DNA of 64,000 nucleotides, taken from the NCBI GenBank assembly GCA_037133495.1, contig JBAXOA010000009.1, forward strand, positions 1,191 to 65,190. The letters run 5' to 3'. Source of the DNA: Mariniphaga sp. (GTDB lineage: Bacteria > Bacteroidota > Bacteroidia > Bacteroidales > Prolixibacteraceae). The notes beneath the pieces were generated by a model that made no database searches, was not told the origin of the DNA, and worked only from the letters and a program-made list of their open reading frames with translations. Numbering within the stretch: position 1 is the first letter of the stretch; every line of letters begins with the position of its first letter. The position numbers and the translations under genes were made by a program. Below, in pieces: positions 29,341 to 39,538 of the stretch.

Positions 29341-30009
29341 GTGAACATTCCATTTATCGATATTCATACTCACAATCCTGTTGATTCAGCAGAAATCAAA
29401 TCTGTGCCGGCTTTGTTCCTTCAGGATATTCAATTAAACAATAATCCTGACACACTTTTTTCTGCCGCTGTGCATCCATGGCACGCCACAAAATTCAATA
29501 CGGATCAGGTTCTGCAAATGCTTGAAAATGGAATAAAACAGCCAGGTTTCATTGCTGTGGGAGAAACAGGTCTTGATAAAAAATGTAAAGCAGATTTTCA
29601 TCAACAGAAATCAGTCTTTAAATTACACATTGAATTTGCAGAAAAATACCATAAACCGCTGATAATTCATGCAGTAAGATCATGGAACGACCTGACCGGG
29701 ATTATAAAACCTCTAAAAGTTCCGGTTATTTTGCATGGCTATTCCGAGGGCATTGAACTGACAAAACAACTGATTGATATGGGCTGCTATTTTTCATTGG
29801 GAAAGTCGGTGCTGAAAATTTCATTACGGCTGCGCGAAGCAATTAAAATCATCCCATATTCCGCTCTTTTTCTTGAAACCGACGATTCTTTGGTTGACAT
29901 CAAAGAAATCTACCATGAAGTGTCGTCTATTTTAGAGCTTTCAACCGATGAACTTAAAGTTCAAATCTATCGGAATTTTAATTCGCTGTTTCCCGGAAAT
30001 AAATTTTAA
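29341..30009 (+). CDS. TatD-family metal-dependent hydrolase
   Basis: GTG start. Metal ligands in IDIHTH, GETGLD, IIHAV, ILHGYS and LETD. Confidence 0.86.
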   Translation: MNIPFIDIHTHNPVDSAEIKSVPALFLQDIQLNNNPDTLFSAAVHPWHATKFNTDQVLQMLENGIKQPGFIAVGETGLDKKCKADFHQQKSVFKLHIEFAEKYHKPLIIHAVRSWNDLTGIIKPLKVPVILHGYSEGIELTKQLIDMGCYFSLGKSVLKISLRLREAIKIIPYSALFLETDDSLVDIKEIYHEVSSILELSTDELKVQIYRNFNSLFPGNKF

Positions 30010-30024
30010 ATTCATCTCAAAAAA

Positions 30025-30049
30025 ATGGCTGCAAATTGAATGCAGCCAT
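30025..30049. terminator. Bidirectional terminator hairpin
   Basis: Perfect 9-bp stem atggctgca / tgcagccat, flanked by aaaaaaa on the left (T-run for the minus strand) and tttaat on the right. Lies between convergent stops. Confidence 0.72.
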
Positions 30050-30071
30050 TTAATAAATATTCGCATAGGGA

Positions 30072-30548
30072 TCAGAACTGATATCTTATACTAAAAGCAA
30101 TATTATTATTCGATACCCCATGATTTGTGAGCTCTAATTCTGGTCTGGCATCAAGACTAATCTGAATTCCAACGGGGAAAACGTACTCGATTCCTACTGT
30201 CCCGGCTGCAGAAACAATAAGACCACCATCATGGGTTGAGCTGTAATTTTCATCCCAGCTCCATGAACCAATTTTGCCACCGGCTCCGGCATACCAGTTA
30301 AATCCGCCGTCAATCTTCCAAACCCACTGGTAAATACCGGCCAATCCCCATGCATTATAATGATTTCCATTATGCAATCCAAGATCCAACTCCAGACGAT
30401 TAGCCCCGGTGAGCCCATGCTGATAAGAAATTTCAGTTCCAAAACCACTGCCTCCGCCTAATCTCAGACCAATTGCATGATCGGAAATTTGAGCGTTCAC
30501 AATATTTGAAGCAAAAATGAACATAAAAGCAAAAATTATTCTTCTCAT
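30072..30548 (-). CDS. Small outer-membrane beta-barrel (porin-family/OmpW-like) protein
   Basis: Signal peptide, alternating Gly/aromatic beta-strand pattern, and C-terminal …IRYQF. Confidence 0.75.
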   Translation of the reverse strand: MRRIIFAFMFIFASNIVNAQISDHAIGLRLGGGSGFGTEISYQHGLTGANRLELDLGLHNGNHYNAWGLAGIYQWVWKIDGGFNWYAGAGGKIGSWSWDENYSSTHDGGLIVSAAGTVGIEYVFPVGIQISLDARPELELTNHGVSNNNIAFSIRYQF

Positions 30549-30636
30549 TACTTTAATTTTTAATTAATAATCAACTTCACTAATTTAGTCAATTATTATG
30601 ACAAAAGAGGGTTAAAAAACAATAATAATACAACAA

Positions 30637-32118
30637 CTAATTGTTACTTCTTATTAAACGTTTAAATTTTTCGTATTCGAAATTCCACAAATCAGCATCC
30701 TGAGGGTTGAAGATTTTTGTTTCGAACGAATTAAAAACCATGCTTCGGATCTCCTCAAGTGAAGAAACAGCTCCAAGTGCCTTGGCTTGCATCATAATAT
30801 TTCCAATTGCGGTTGCCTCTACCGGTCCGGCATATATAGGAAGATTAGTCGCATTTGCCGCATATTGGCATAATAATTCGTTATTCGCCCCACCTCCTAT
30901 AATATGGATCTTCCCGATTTCGACTGTGCTTACTTTTCTGATCGATTCAAGTGTTGCGCGATATTTCAAGGCAAGACTTTCGAATATTGTGCGGATTATT
31001 TCCCCATGTGTCTCAGGCTCAGGCTGCGACGTTTTTCGGCAATATGCTGAAATTGCAGCAGGCATATCACCAGGATTTAGAAATTCATGAGCATCCGGAT
31101 CAATCAGGCATTTAAATGGTTGAGCTTTAAGACTCATTTCAACCATTTCAGGCCAGGAATAATTGTATTTGGCGGCCCAAATTCTCCGGCACTCCTGTAG
31201 CAACCACAATCCCATGATATTTTTCAAAAACCGCGTTGTTCCTTCAACACCTCCCTCATTCGTAAAGTTCAGCTCTTGAATCTCTTCCGAAATCAGCGGC
31301 TGATCAATTTCAATACCCATCAACGACCAGGTGCCGGAACTGATGTAGGCCCAGTTTCGGCCGGTAGCCGGTACCGAAGCAATCGCCGAAGCCGTATCAT
31401 GAGCAGCAACCGCAACAACAGGAATCGGAGTACTCCCGGTCTCTTTTTGAATTTCAAGCTTTATATCTCCTAATACAGTACCCGGTAATACCAGTTCTTG
31501 CATAAGGTTAAAATCGAAATCCATGGCATCAAAAAGTTTTTGCTCGTATTCAAGTTTCCCCGGTTTTAAAAACTGAGAAGTTGACGCTACTGAAAACTCA
31601 TTTTTCTTTATGCCACTTAAAAGATAACACAAAGCATCAGGCATAAAAAGAATATCGTTTGCGATTTCAAGCTGTGGAGAATGATCGCGTTTATAGGCAT
31701 ATAACTGGAAAAGGGTATTAAACTGCATCAGCTGAATCCCTGTCATCAGGTACAATTCCTTTCTTGGTATAATTTTAAAAAACTCATCCATAATCGTATC
31801 AGTCCGGGGATCACGATAGGCATAAGGCAATCCGACAATCATTCCGTTACGGTCGAGCAGTGCAATATCAACGCCCCAGGTATCCACCCCTACCGATTCA
31901 GGCTGAATTCCAAAGTCACGAATGCATTTTTTCAAACCGGTTTTTAATTCACCAAAAAGGTTAAATATATTCCAATAATAAGATCCGTCAATCTCAACCA
32001 TTTGATTATCGAACCTGTGAACTTCTTTTAGACTCAGTTTGTTTTCCGAAATTGTACCCAAAATTGCACGTCCGCTTGATGCACCCAGGTCAAAAGCCAG
32101 AAAGTTTCTTGTTGCCAT
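30637..32118 (-). CDS. rhaB: Rhamnulokinase (FGGY carbohydrate kinase family)
   Basis: Collinear with E. coli RhaB: DLGASSGR, HRF.N, DTWGVD, YRD.RT, FNTL.QL, VAVA.HDTASA, SSGTWSLMG, TNEGG.EG, LKNIMGLWLLQ, GGG.QN.LL.Q, GP.EA…GN. Confidence 0.9.
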   Translation of the reverse strand: MATRNFLAFDLGASSGRAILGTISENKLSLKEVHRFDNQMVEIDGSYYWNIFNLFGELKTGLKKCIRDFGIQPESVGVDTWGVDIALLDRNGMIVGLPYAYRDPRTDTIMDEFFKIIPRKELYLMTGIQLMQFNTLFQLYAYKRDHSPQLEIANDILFMPDALCYLLSGIKKNEFSVASTSQFLKPGKLEYEQKLFDAMDFDFNLMQELVLPGTVLGDIKLEIQKETGSTPIPVVAVAAHDTASAIASVPATGRNWAYISSGTWSLMGIEIDQPLISEEIQELNFTNEGGVEGTTRFLKNIMGLWLLQECRRIWAAKYNYSWPEMVEMSLKAQPFKCLIDPDAHEFLNPGDMPAAISAYCRKTSQPEPETHGEIIRTIFESLALKYRATLESIRKVSTVEIGKIHIIGGGANNELLCQYAANATNLPIYAGPVEATAIGNIMMQAKALGAVSSLEEIRSMVFNSFETKIFNPQDADLWNFEYEKFKRLIRSNN

Positions 32119-32152
32119 GTTGTATTATTTAACGGTTAATTTAATTGTGTTT

Positions 32153-33109
32153 TCACATTACTTTCCATACAGCCATCCATATTGGTATCGCAGCAATGCA
32201 AGCGATATAGGAAATCAACATCATACTTCCGCTCTTCTGTGCATCGCCGCCATAGTTTTTTATTTGTATTAATATGGCTATTGCAGGTGGTGAAACTGCC
32301 TGTATCAAAATAACGTCGCTCAATAATGGGTTGGTTTCTTTAATCTGGAAAAACATCATTGCAAAAATCGTCACCAAGGGAATAATCAGAAATTTTACGC
32401 CCACAACGCGAAGAGTATCCATAAAAGATGGCCATTTTTTCAAGGAAATTCCACCCAAAACTGCGCCCAATATAAAATTTGCAATTGGAATAGTCGCGGT
32501 ACCCGTTAATTCGATCGCGTTGTATACAATTTTTGGTATATAATGATGCAATCCTGAGATCACAAAGGTAATTCCTGCCAAATTAGCGATAAATGGCGGG
32601 GTGATAAATTGTTTCCATGAAAATTGCATTTCATGTCCTCCGGTATTAAGGAACTTACCAACGCTCCAAAGAATCGGATTAAGACCCATAATAATTAAAA
32701 AGGTGTAAAGTGCATAATGATCAAACTGTTCCGGGTAAATAGCCTGGCCAAGTGGCAGAGCAAGATAACCTGCGTTTTGCATGCTGGCAAGTGGAATTAA
32801 ACTTCTTTTGGCTGAAAGGTCTCGTGCAAATAAGAGCATTGCAAATATTACTCCGATCAGGATCAATCCGATTCCGACCAATGGCAGTACCCACCAGAGC
32901 GGAAAAGTGACCGGATCGAGCGTTGCCACGATCTTCGAAAAAATCATAGCCGGCAGTAAAACATTCACAACAATCAAAGTAAGTCCTTTGATATCGCCTG
33001 ACTTAAAAATATGAGTACGTACAAGGATTGCTCCGGTTAAGGCGATCAGCAAAACCTGAACCAAAGCCATCGCATTGCTGGTAAGAGTAGTAAAAAATAC
33101 TTCAGTCAT
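32153..33109 (-). CDS. AEC (auxin efflux carrier) family transporter
   Basis: 318-aa polytopic protein with AEC-like helix organisation. The start overlaps the upstream stop (TAATG). Confidence 0.85.
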   Translation of the reverse strand: MTEVFFTTLTSNAMALVQVLLIALTGAILVRTHIFKSGDIKGLTLIVVNVLLPAMIFSKIVATLDPVTFPLWWVLPLVGIGLILIGVIFAMLLFARDLSAKRSLIPLASMQNAGYLALPLGQAIYPEQFDHYALYTFLIIMGLNPILWSVGKFLNTGGHEMQFSWKQFITPPFIANLAGITFVISGLHHYIPKIVYNAIELTGTATIPIANFILGAVLGGISLKKWPSFMDTLRVVGVKFLIIPLVTIFAMMFFQIKETNPLLSDVILIQAVSPPAIAILIQIKNYGGDAQKSGSMMLISYIACIAAIPIWMAVWKVM

Positions 33110-34158
33110 TATCGTTTTGGATAGAATAACCGACCCGTAAATAACAATCCGGCAAAAACAAAAATGGCAAAGATCAGGCTGCTTACTGCTAGTTGTATTC
33201 CACCTGAGATGACATGACCGCTAGTACATCCACCAGCCATTCTGGCCCCGAAAATAAGAATAAATCCCCCGAACATCGCCCAAAAAACACGATTTCCTGC
33301 GTTTTTTCCTTTGTATCGCTCCCAGTTAATGTGAATTAACCTAATCTTGAAATCTTTCCTCAGGAGGGAAATCACCAGTCCTGCCAAAAATGTTCCACCC
33401 AAAAAAATCATTTCCCAATTTCCTGATTTAATACTCTTTACGAAGTAATCATTATCAGTATTACCGGCAATCAAATTTGCCAGATAGGGATAGGCAGTTG
33501 AAGCTCCCAATTGCCGGTCCATTCCAATCTTTAAAAAGATAATGCAATTGAGAACAGCCAGTGACACACCGGCATAAATCCAGCTGCGATCGGCAACTTT
33601 TTCAAATTTGTGCAAAATGAAAGCAGAGAAAATAAATACGGCACCGAAAATAAATACAAGCAAATAGAACAATACAGGCATCGATCCGACAAATGTAAAC
33701 AAAGAGAATGTTCCCAGATCAGGACCCAATAATCCACCAATCGAAGGCAAAACTATGGTGTAAACCAATCCGCCAAGTAATCCGCCAATCAGACCCGCGC
33801 CGGCATCTAATGAACCTTCTCCGAGTGAAACAATCATTGTGCCGGGACAATAACCCAAAATCGCCATTCCTGCACCAAAAATTAATCCTCCAAGCACAAC
33901 ACCTCCTAAAATAAGGGGTTTAGTATGATATGAGGCGAATCCTAGTCCTATTTCTATATTAAGTAAAATTACACCGACTCCGATAGCAAGAGCAATTGCT
34001 TTGGCAACTTTAAAATTCTCAAGCGTTGCCATTCCGCTTATGGTATCGTACCGGTTTAGTTTTGCACTTTGTAAAATAGCACCAAAAAGAAAACCGTAAA
34101 TTAAAATCATGATCGTCATAGCGCTCCTCCTGGTTGTTAAATTAGTAAATCGGCTCAA
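33109..34158 (-). CDS. YeeE/YedE family (sulfur-compound transport) membrane protein
   Basis: Polytopic, with repeated G-rich helices and two conserved Cys motifs (GYCPG, GGCTSGH) characteristic of YeeE/YedE. Confidence 0.84.
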   Translation of the reverse strand: MSRFTNLTTRRSAMTIMILIYGFLFGAILQSAKLNRYDTISGMATLENFKVAKAIALAIGVGVILLNIEIGLGFASYHTKPLILGGVVLGGLIFGAGMAILGYCPGTMIVSLGEGSLDAGAGLIGGLLGGLVYTIVLPSIGGLLGPDLGTFSLFTFVGSMPVLFYLLVFIFGAVFIFSAFILHKFEKVADRSWIYAGVSLAVLNCIIFLKIGMDRQLGASTAYPYLANLIAGNTDNDYFVKSIKSGNWEMIFLGGTFLAGLVISLLRKDFKIRLIHINWERYKGKNAGNRVFWAMFGGFILIFGARMAGGCTSGHVISGGIQLAVSSLIFAIFVFAGLLFTGRLFYPKR

Positions 34159-34275
34159 ATTTAGATAAAAACAGCAGGTTTACCTGATAAATCAACAGAA
34201 TTTAAAACAAAAATGAATTCGATTTGTTAAACAGATAATTAAAAATGTAACAGTTGTAACAGGATTCAATAAAAC

Positions 34276-35814
34276 ATGATTAAAATGTCGCAAGAACAAA
34301 CAAACGAGAACCAAAACGCTGATTCACAGACCAATGAAACACTATTTCGGCAAATGCTGGAAGATTTCAAGGCAAGTATGAAACGTGCTTATCATGAAGA
34401 TTATAAGATTGATCAGTTTTGTAGTACACGTGGACTTCCACCTGCCGTTCTAACTGAGCTAATGTCCGGAAATCCGCTTTCACTCTGTATTCCAACGAAA
34501 TATGGTGGATTTGGTGGAAATGTCAGGGAAAATATTGCATTTGTTTCGGCTGCTTCTTACGAATCTCTCGCGTTGTCACTAACATTGGGAATTAATAATG
34601 CCTTGTTCATCCAGCCCTTTTCCAAATACGGACAGGATAGCGCGAAAGCGAAAGTTTTTGATCAATTCCTGAATAATAGTTGCATGGGTGGTCTGATGAT
34701 TACCGAGCCCGATTTCGGCAGCGACGCCCTTAATATGAATACTTCATTCACTGAAAAAGATGGTATTTTCCATCTTCAGGGAAAAAAACATTGGGCAGGC
34801 TTAACAGGAATGGCTGATTTCTGGTTACTTACGGCACGAAAAAGAACTGAATCCGGCAGTTTAATGCGTGATATCGATATGTTTGTTTGTGATGTGCACG
34901 CCCCTCAGCAAAATATCGTCGTTGAAGAGTATTTCGAAAACCTCGGACTCTATCAGATTCCTTACGGCAGAAATCATATTGATGTGTATATACCGGAAGA
35001 GAAAAAACTAATTCCTAAAACCAACGGAATCCAGATGATGCTAGACTTGCTTCACCGAAGCCGGTTTCAGTTTCCGGGAATGGCACTGGGATTTATCCAA
35101 CGGATCCTGGACGAAGCGATAAACCACACAAAAGCACGACTGGTAAGCAACAAAAGGCTGATTGACTATGATCAGGTTCAGCACAGACTTTCGAGGTTAC
35201 AAGCTAATTTCACAATCTGTTCAGCTTTTTGTATGAAATCAGGCGAGATTGCGGGAGTCGAAAACGACCTTTCCGCGTTAGGTCTTGAAGCTAATATCGT
35301 TAAAAGTGTCACTTCCGACCTGATGCAGGAATCTGCACAATCGCTTCTTCAGCTTGTTGGTGCAAAGGGATATAAACTAAATCATATTGCCGGCCGGTCG
35401 GTAGTGGATAGCCGGCCTTTTCAGATATTCGAAGGATCGAACGATATCCTTTATAATCAGATTGCGGAGTCAGTGCTCAAATTAATGAAAACAGCCAAGG
35501 AGAAAAGCCTGTATCAGTTTCTGAAAGGGTATTCCACCCGTGCCGCTGACCGTATTCAGGAGATGGTCAATTTTGAATTGAATACACCTTATGCACAACG
35601 AAAACTTGTTGAGTTTGGTCAGGTAATCAGCAGAATTGTTTCAATGGATACCGTTCTGTATCTGGAAGAAAAAGGATTCAATAAAGACCTTATAGACAAT
35701 GCAGTAATCGTATTAAAGCAAGAAATCTCCACCCTTCTGAATGCCTTTCACTTTGCAAATAACGCTCAGGTAGTTGTTGAATATGAAGAAAATAGTTTCT
35801 GGCTCAATTTCTAA
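34276..35814 (+). CDS. Acyl-CoA dehydrogenase family protein
   Basis: ACAD-like middle domain (…LMITEPDFGSD…) and C-terminal …FQIFEGSNDI… motif. 512 aa. Confidence 0.85.
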   Translation: MIKMSQEQTNENQNADSQTNETLFRQMLEDFKASMKRAYHEDYKIDQFCSTRGLPPAVLTELMSGNPLSLCIPTKYGGFGGNVRENIAFVSAASYESLALSLTLGINNALFIQPFSKYGQDSAKAKVFDQFLNNSCMGGLMITEPDFGSDALNMNTSFTEKDGIFHLQGKKHWAGLTGMADFWLLTARKRTESGSLMRDIDMFVCDVHAPQQNIVVEEYFENLGLYQIPYGRNHIDVYIPEEKKLIPKTNGIQMMLDLLHRSRFQFPGMALGFIQRILDEAINHTKARLVSNKRLIDYDQVQHRLSRLQANFTICSAFCMKSGEIAGVENDLSALGLEANIVKSVTSDLMQESAQSLLQLVGAKGYKLNHIAGRSVVDSRPFQIFEGSNDILYNQIAESVLKLMKTAKEKSLYQFLKGYSTRAADRIQEMVNFELNTPYAQRKLVEFGQVISRIVSMDTVLYLEEKGFNKDLIDNAVIVLKQEISTLLNAFHFANNAQVVVEYEENSFWLNF

Positions 35815-35933
35815 TACTACAGGTTATCTCAAAAGCAAGAGTGAATCAGAAGGCAGAATATTATTGCAATTGTTCATCTGAGAGATAATTAAATAACCAG
35901 AAGTCCGCGAATATCATATTTCCGGATCCCAAG

Positions 35934-35977
35934 ACTTACAACAAAAGGTAAATTACTTTCTGTTGTAAGCCTTTTTT
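35934..35977 (+). terminator. Rho-independent terminator
   Basis: cttacaacaaaag…ctttctgttgtaag stem followed by cc-ttttttt. Confidence 0.65.
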
Positions 35978-36086
35978 TATTCCTTCTTTGCATTTTTCCG
36001 GCGTTTTATAGGATAATTATTACGAAATTGCGGTGTCTTCAGGAACTCATATTTACGTTTTAAGTTAATATAAAATTCACGGCAAG

Positions 36087-37841
36087 ATGAATAAATACCG
36101 TTATATAGGAGTTGCCGCGCTTACATTCGCCGGCATTAATTTAAGCTTTGGAAAGATAAAGCAACAACCAAATGTAATTATAATCCTGACTGATGATCAG
36201 GGTTACGGAGATTTGGGGATTACCGGTAATCCACATGTTAAAACGCCGGTAATCGATAAATTTGCACGAGAAGGCATCAGATTCAATAATTTTTATGTAT
36301 CGCCGGTATGTGCGCCAACCCGTTCAAGCTTAATGACCGGCAGATATTCATTGCGTACCGGTATTAGGGATACCTATAATGGAGGTGCAATAATGGCCGC
36401 AAATGAGGTAACGATGGCCGAAATGCTAAAACAGTCCAATTATAAAACAGGGATATTTGGCAAATGGCATCTGGGCGACAATTATCCGGGCAGACCTGGC
36501 GATCAAGGTTTCGACGAGTCGGTCATCCACCTTTCCGGCGGAATGGGTCAGCCAGGCGATTTTACCACCTATTTTAAAAAAGACAGCAGCTATTTTAATC
36601 CTGTTCTTTGGCATAACGGCAAGAAAGAGGATTATAAAGGATATTGCTCTGATATTTTTTCGGAACAAGCTATTGATTTCATCGTCAAAAACCAACATAC
36701 ACCATTTTTCTGCTATCTTACATTCAATGCACCCCATACTCCCCTGCAGGTGCCTGACCATTATTATCAAAAATATAAAGATATAGATCCCGGATCCGGA
36801 TTTTCGGAAGACAGCAGACCTTTCACAATAATGAATGAGATTGAGAAAGAAGCTGCAAGGAAAGTGTATGCAATGGTCAGCAATATCGATGATAATATAG
36901 GCAAACTACTGCAAAAGCTGGATGAATTAAAGATTGCAGAAAATACAATTGTGATTTTTATGACTGATAACGGACCTCAGCAAACCAGGTATAACGCCGG
37001 GATGCGCGGGCTGAAAGCGAGTGTTTACAGAGGTGGCGTAAGAGTTCCGTTTTATATGAGATATCCTGCTCTTTTTAAAGGGAATAAGGATATTGAAATC
37101 ACGGCTGCTCATATTGACGTATTGCCTACTATAGCCGATTTATGCCATGTGCAGTTGCCCGCGGACAGAATAATTGACGGTCGAGACCTTCTGCCGGTTA
37201 TTGAAGACAAGCATGTTGACTGGGGAAACAGAAGTTTATTTTTTTACTGGACCAGACGATATCCGGAACTTTATAATAATATCGCACTGCAAAAGGGAAA
37301 ATACAAGCTGATTGGCCATACGGACTATTCGTCAGATATAACTCATTTTGAAATGTTTGACATAGCACAAGATCCATATGAACAGCGTAACCTGGTCAAT
37401 TCAAAAACCAATGTTGCCATTGAATTAAAGACCGAACTTGAACGGCTTACAAAGGAGTTGGTTAACTCAGACAATCTAATAAATCCTCCGCGTATCATTA
37501 TTGGAAGCGAAAAGGAGAATCCACTTTTTCTAAACAGAAACGATGCGGATGGCCAACAGGGAATATGGGTGCAAGACGAAGTTTACGGCTTCTGGAAAGT
37601 GAGTATTACTGAAGGAAATTACAATATCCGGTTTAAATTTTCGAACCCGGTAAAAGGAAACGGACGAATGTGTCTTGAAACAAAATCGTTCATTAATCAG
37701 ATGAAAAATGAACAAACAGATGCTGACATTATTGAAATGAAAAATGTTTACCTACCAAAAATGGATTGTGATTTCATCCCCTTTTATTCAATAGGTTCGA
37801 GAAAAATATTTCCCTTTTGGGTTGAAATTGAAAAAATCTGA
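36087..37841 (+). CDS. Arylsulfatase (formylglycine-dependent sulfatase family)
   Basis: LTDDQGYGDLG, sulfatase signature CAPTRSSLMTGR, GKWHLG, and DNGP. Confidence 0.92.
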   Translation: MNKYRYIGVAALTFAGINLSFGKIKQQPNVIIILTDDQGYGDLGITGNPHVKTPVIDKFAREGIRFNNFYVSPVCAPTRSSLMTGRYSLRTGIRDTYNGGAIMAANEVTMAEMLKQSNYKTGIFGKWHLGDNYPGRPGDQGFDESVIHLSGGMGQPGDFTTYFKKDSSYFNPVLWHNGKKEDYKGYCSDIFSEQAIDFIVKNQHTPFFCYLTFNAPHTPLQVPDHYYQKYKDIDPGSGFSEDSRPFTIMNEIEKEAARKVYAMVSNIDDNIGKLLQKLDELKIAENTIVIFMTDNGPQQTRYNAGMRGLKASVYRGGVRVPFYMRYPALFKGNKDIEITAAHIDVLPTIADLCHVQLPADRIIDGRDLLPVIEDKHVDWGNRSLFFYWTRRYPELYNNIALQKGKYKLIGHTDYSSDITHFEMFDIAQDPYEQRNLVNSKTNVAIELKTELERLTKELVNSDNLINPPRIIIGSEKENPLFLNRNDADGQQGIWVQDEVYGFWKVSITEGNYNIRFKFSNPVKGNGRMCLETKSFINQMKNEQTDADIIEMKNVYLPKMDCDFIPFYSIGSRKIFPFWVEIEKI

Positions 37842-37953
37842 TATGTTTTATAACATCTTCATCGGATACTGTTTTTAATTATCTTCGTCACGTTATCGCA
37901 CACGATAAAAAATTACAATAAGAATTCAATGATAAACATTTAAGTTATAAATT

Positions 37954-39303
37954 ATGTCAAACAGAAGAGAATTTATTCAGAAATCGGCAGTTGGTGCTGC
38001 CGGTTTGACCTTAGGTGGTATGACCATGAGTGCAAAAAGTTATGGCAGAATAATTGGCGCAAACGATCGGGTTCAGGTTGGAATCCTTGGCTTTTCGGGC
38101 CGGTTTGAAGGTGCCTTGGGGCTGGCATTTCAAAAATACGCGAAGGAGATGAATTTTGAATTTTCTGCCGTTTGCGATCTTTGGAACAAGCGACGTCAGG
38201 ATGGTATCAACTGGGTCAAAAAACACAATGATACAACTCCCCTTGAGGCCCGGAATACTGATGAGTTGTTTGATAAAAAACTTGATGCGGTCATTATTTC
38301 AACTGCAGATTTTCAGCATGCCGTTTTATGTGGCGAATCTGTTCGTGCAGGTCTAAATGTGTATTGCGAAAAACCTTTTGCGGAGACTATGGATGATGCT
38401 ATTTTTGCTAAAAAAGCGGTTATTGAGTCTGGTAAGGTTGTTCAGATTGGCTCGCAGCGCCGTTCCGGTGCTAATTATCAGGCGGCTCATAATTTTATTC
38501 AGGAAGGAAAATTTGGGAAGATTTGCGCCGTTGAAATGACATGGAATGTAAACCAGCCCGGGAGATGGCGTCGTCCTGCAGAGGTTGCCTCCATTAAAGA
38601 ATCGGATACTGATTGGAAACGTTTTCTGCTGAACCGCCCGTTTGAGAAATGGGATCCTCGCAAATATTTGGAATTCAGATTATTCTGGCCTTTTTCGTCG
38701 GGAATTCCCGGACAATGGATGGCTCACCAAATCGATACTGTGCACTGGTTTTCTCACCTGCCCCATCCAAGATCGGTTGCTGCTAATGGCGGAATTTATG
38801 TTTGGAAAGATGGTCGCAGAAATTTTGATACGATGACGGCTGTTTTCGACTACGGCCCGCTGGATAATTTGGATGAAGGTTTTCAGGTAATCTATTCTTC
38901 CCGTCAGACCAATGAATCCGGAGGTACCAAAGAGTGGTATTTCTCAAATGGCGGGAAGCTCGATCTCGACACAAACAAAGTAACGTCCGAAGGTGGGCTT
39001 AAAGAAAAGTATGCTAAAGATATGGGAATGAAAGCCAATTTACTGGCCGATTATGAACTGCCGCAATCAAAAGTAGAAACGGATTCAAATACAGGAGCTG
39101 ATGCTTTGACAAATGCGCATATGAAGAATTGGATGGATTGTGTTCGTGCCAATAATCCGAAGACCAATGCACCTGTTGATGCCGGCTACAGCCATTCAAT
39201 TGCAAATATTATGACTACTGCAGCACTTCGGACAGGTCAAAAGGCTACGTTCGACGAAAAAACTCAACAAGTAATGGCCGGAGGAAAAGTTTTTAAATAT
39301 TAA
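37954..39303 (+). CDS. Gfo/Idh/MocA family oxidoreductase with TAT signal
   Basis: NRREFIQKSAVGAAG TAT motif, Rossmann start VGILGFSGR, and EKP motif (YCEKPF). Confidence 0.9.
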   Translation: MSNRREFIQKSAVGAAGLTLGGMTMSAKSYGRIIGANDRVQVGILGFSGRFEGALGLAFQKYAKEMNFEFSAVCDLWNKRRQDGINWVKKHNDTTPLEARNTDELFDKKLDAVIISTADFQHAVLCGESVRAGLNVYCEKPFAETMDDAIFAKKAVIESGKVVQIGSQRRSGANYQAAHNFIQEGKFGKICAVEMTWNVNQPGRWRRPAEVASIKESDTDWKRFLLNRPFEKWDPRKYLEFRLFWPFSSGIPGQWMAHQIDTVHWFSHLPHPRSVAANGGIYVWKDGRRNFDTMTAVFDYGPLDNLDEGFQVIYSSRQTNESGGTKEWYFSNGGKLDLDTNKVTSEGGLKEKYAKDMGMKANLLADYELPQSKVETDSNTGADALTNAHMKNWMDCVRANNPKTNAPVDAGYSHSIANIMTTAALRTGQKATFDEKTQQVMAGGKVFKY

Positions 39304-39330
39304 ACCGTAAGGCAATTCCAAATTAAAAAG

Positions 39331-39376
39331 AACCAACAGACACATTACCGGTATAGTGTCTGTTGGTTCTTTTTTA
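39331..39376. terminator. Bidirectional rho-independent terminator
   Basis: Perfect 13-bp stem aaccaacagacac / gtgtctgttggtt followed by cttttttat. The left flank is A-rich, giving a T-run on the minus strand. Lies between convergent stops at 39303 and 39539. Confidence 0.82.
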
Positions 39377-39538
39377 TGAATCATATTTTTCGCGAAACTC
39401 CCCTTCTTTGCGATTATGTTTTAAAATTCAAGAGGATCATTTTCTGCTAAATAATTAAGGAATAGCAAAATCAATGAAAATTGAACATTTTGAAGGCTAA
39501 GTGCAGACAATGAATCAAGCCTGAGTAGTCCGGAACCT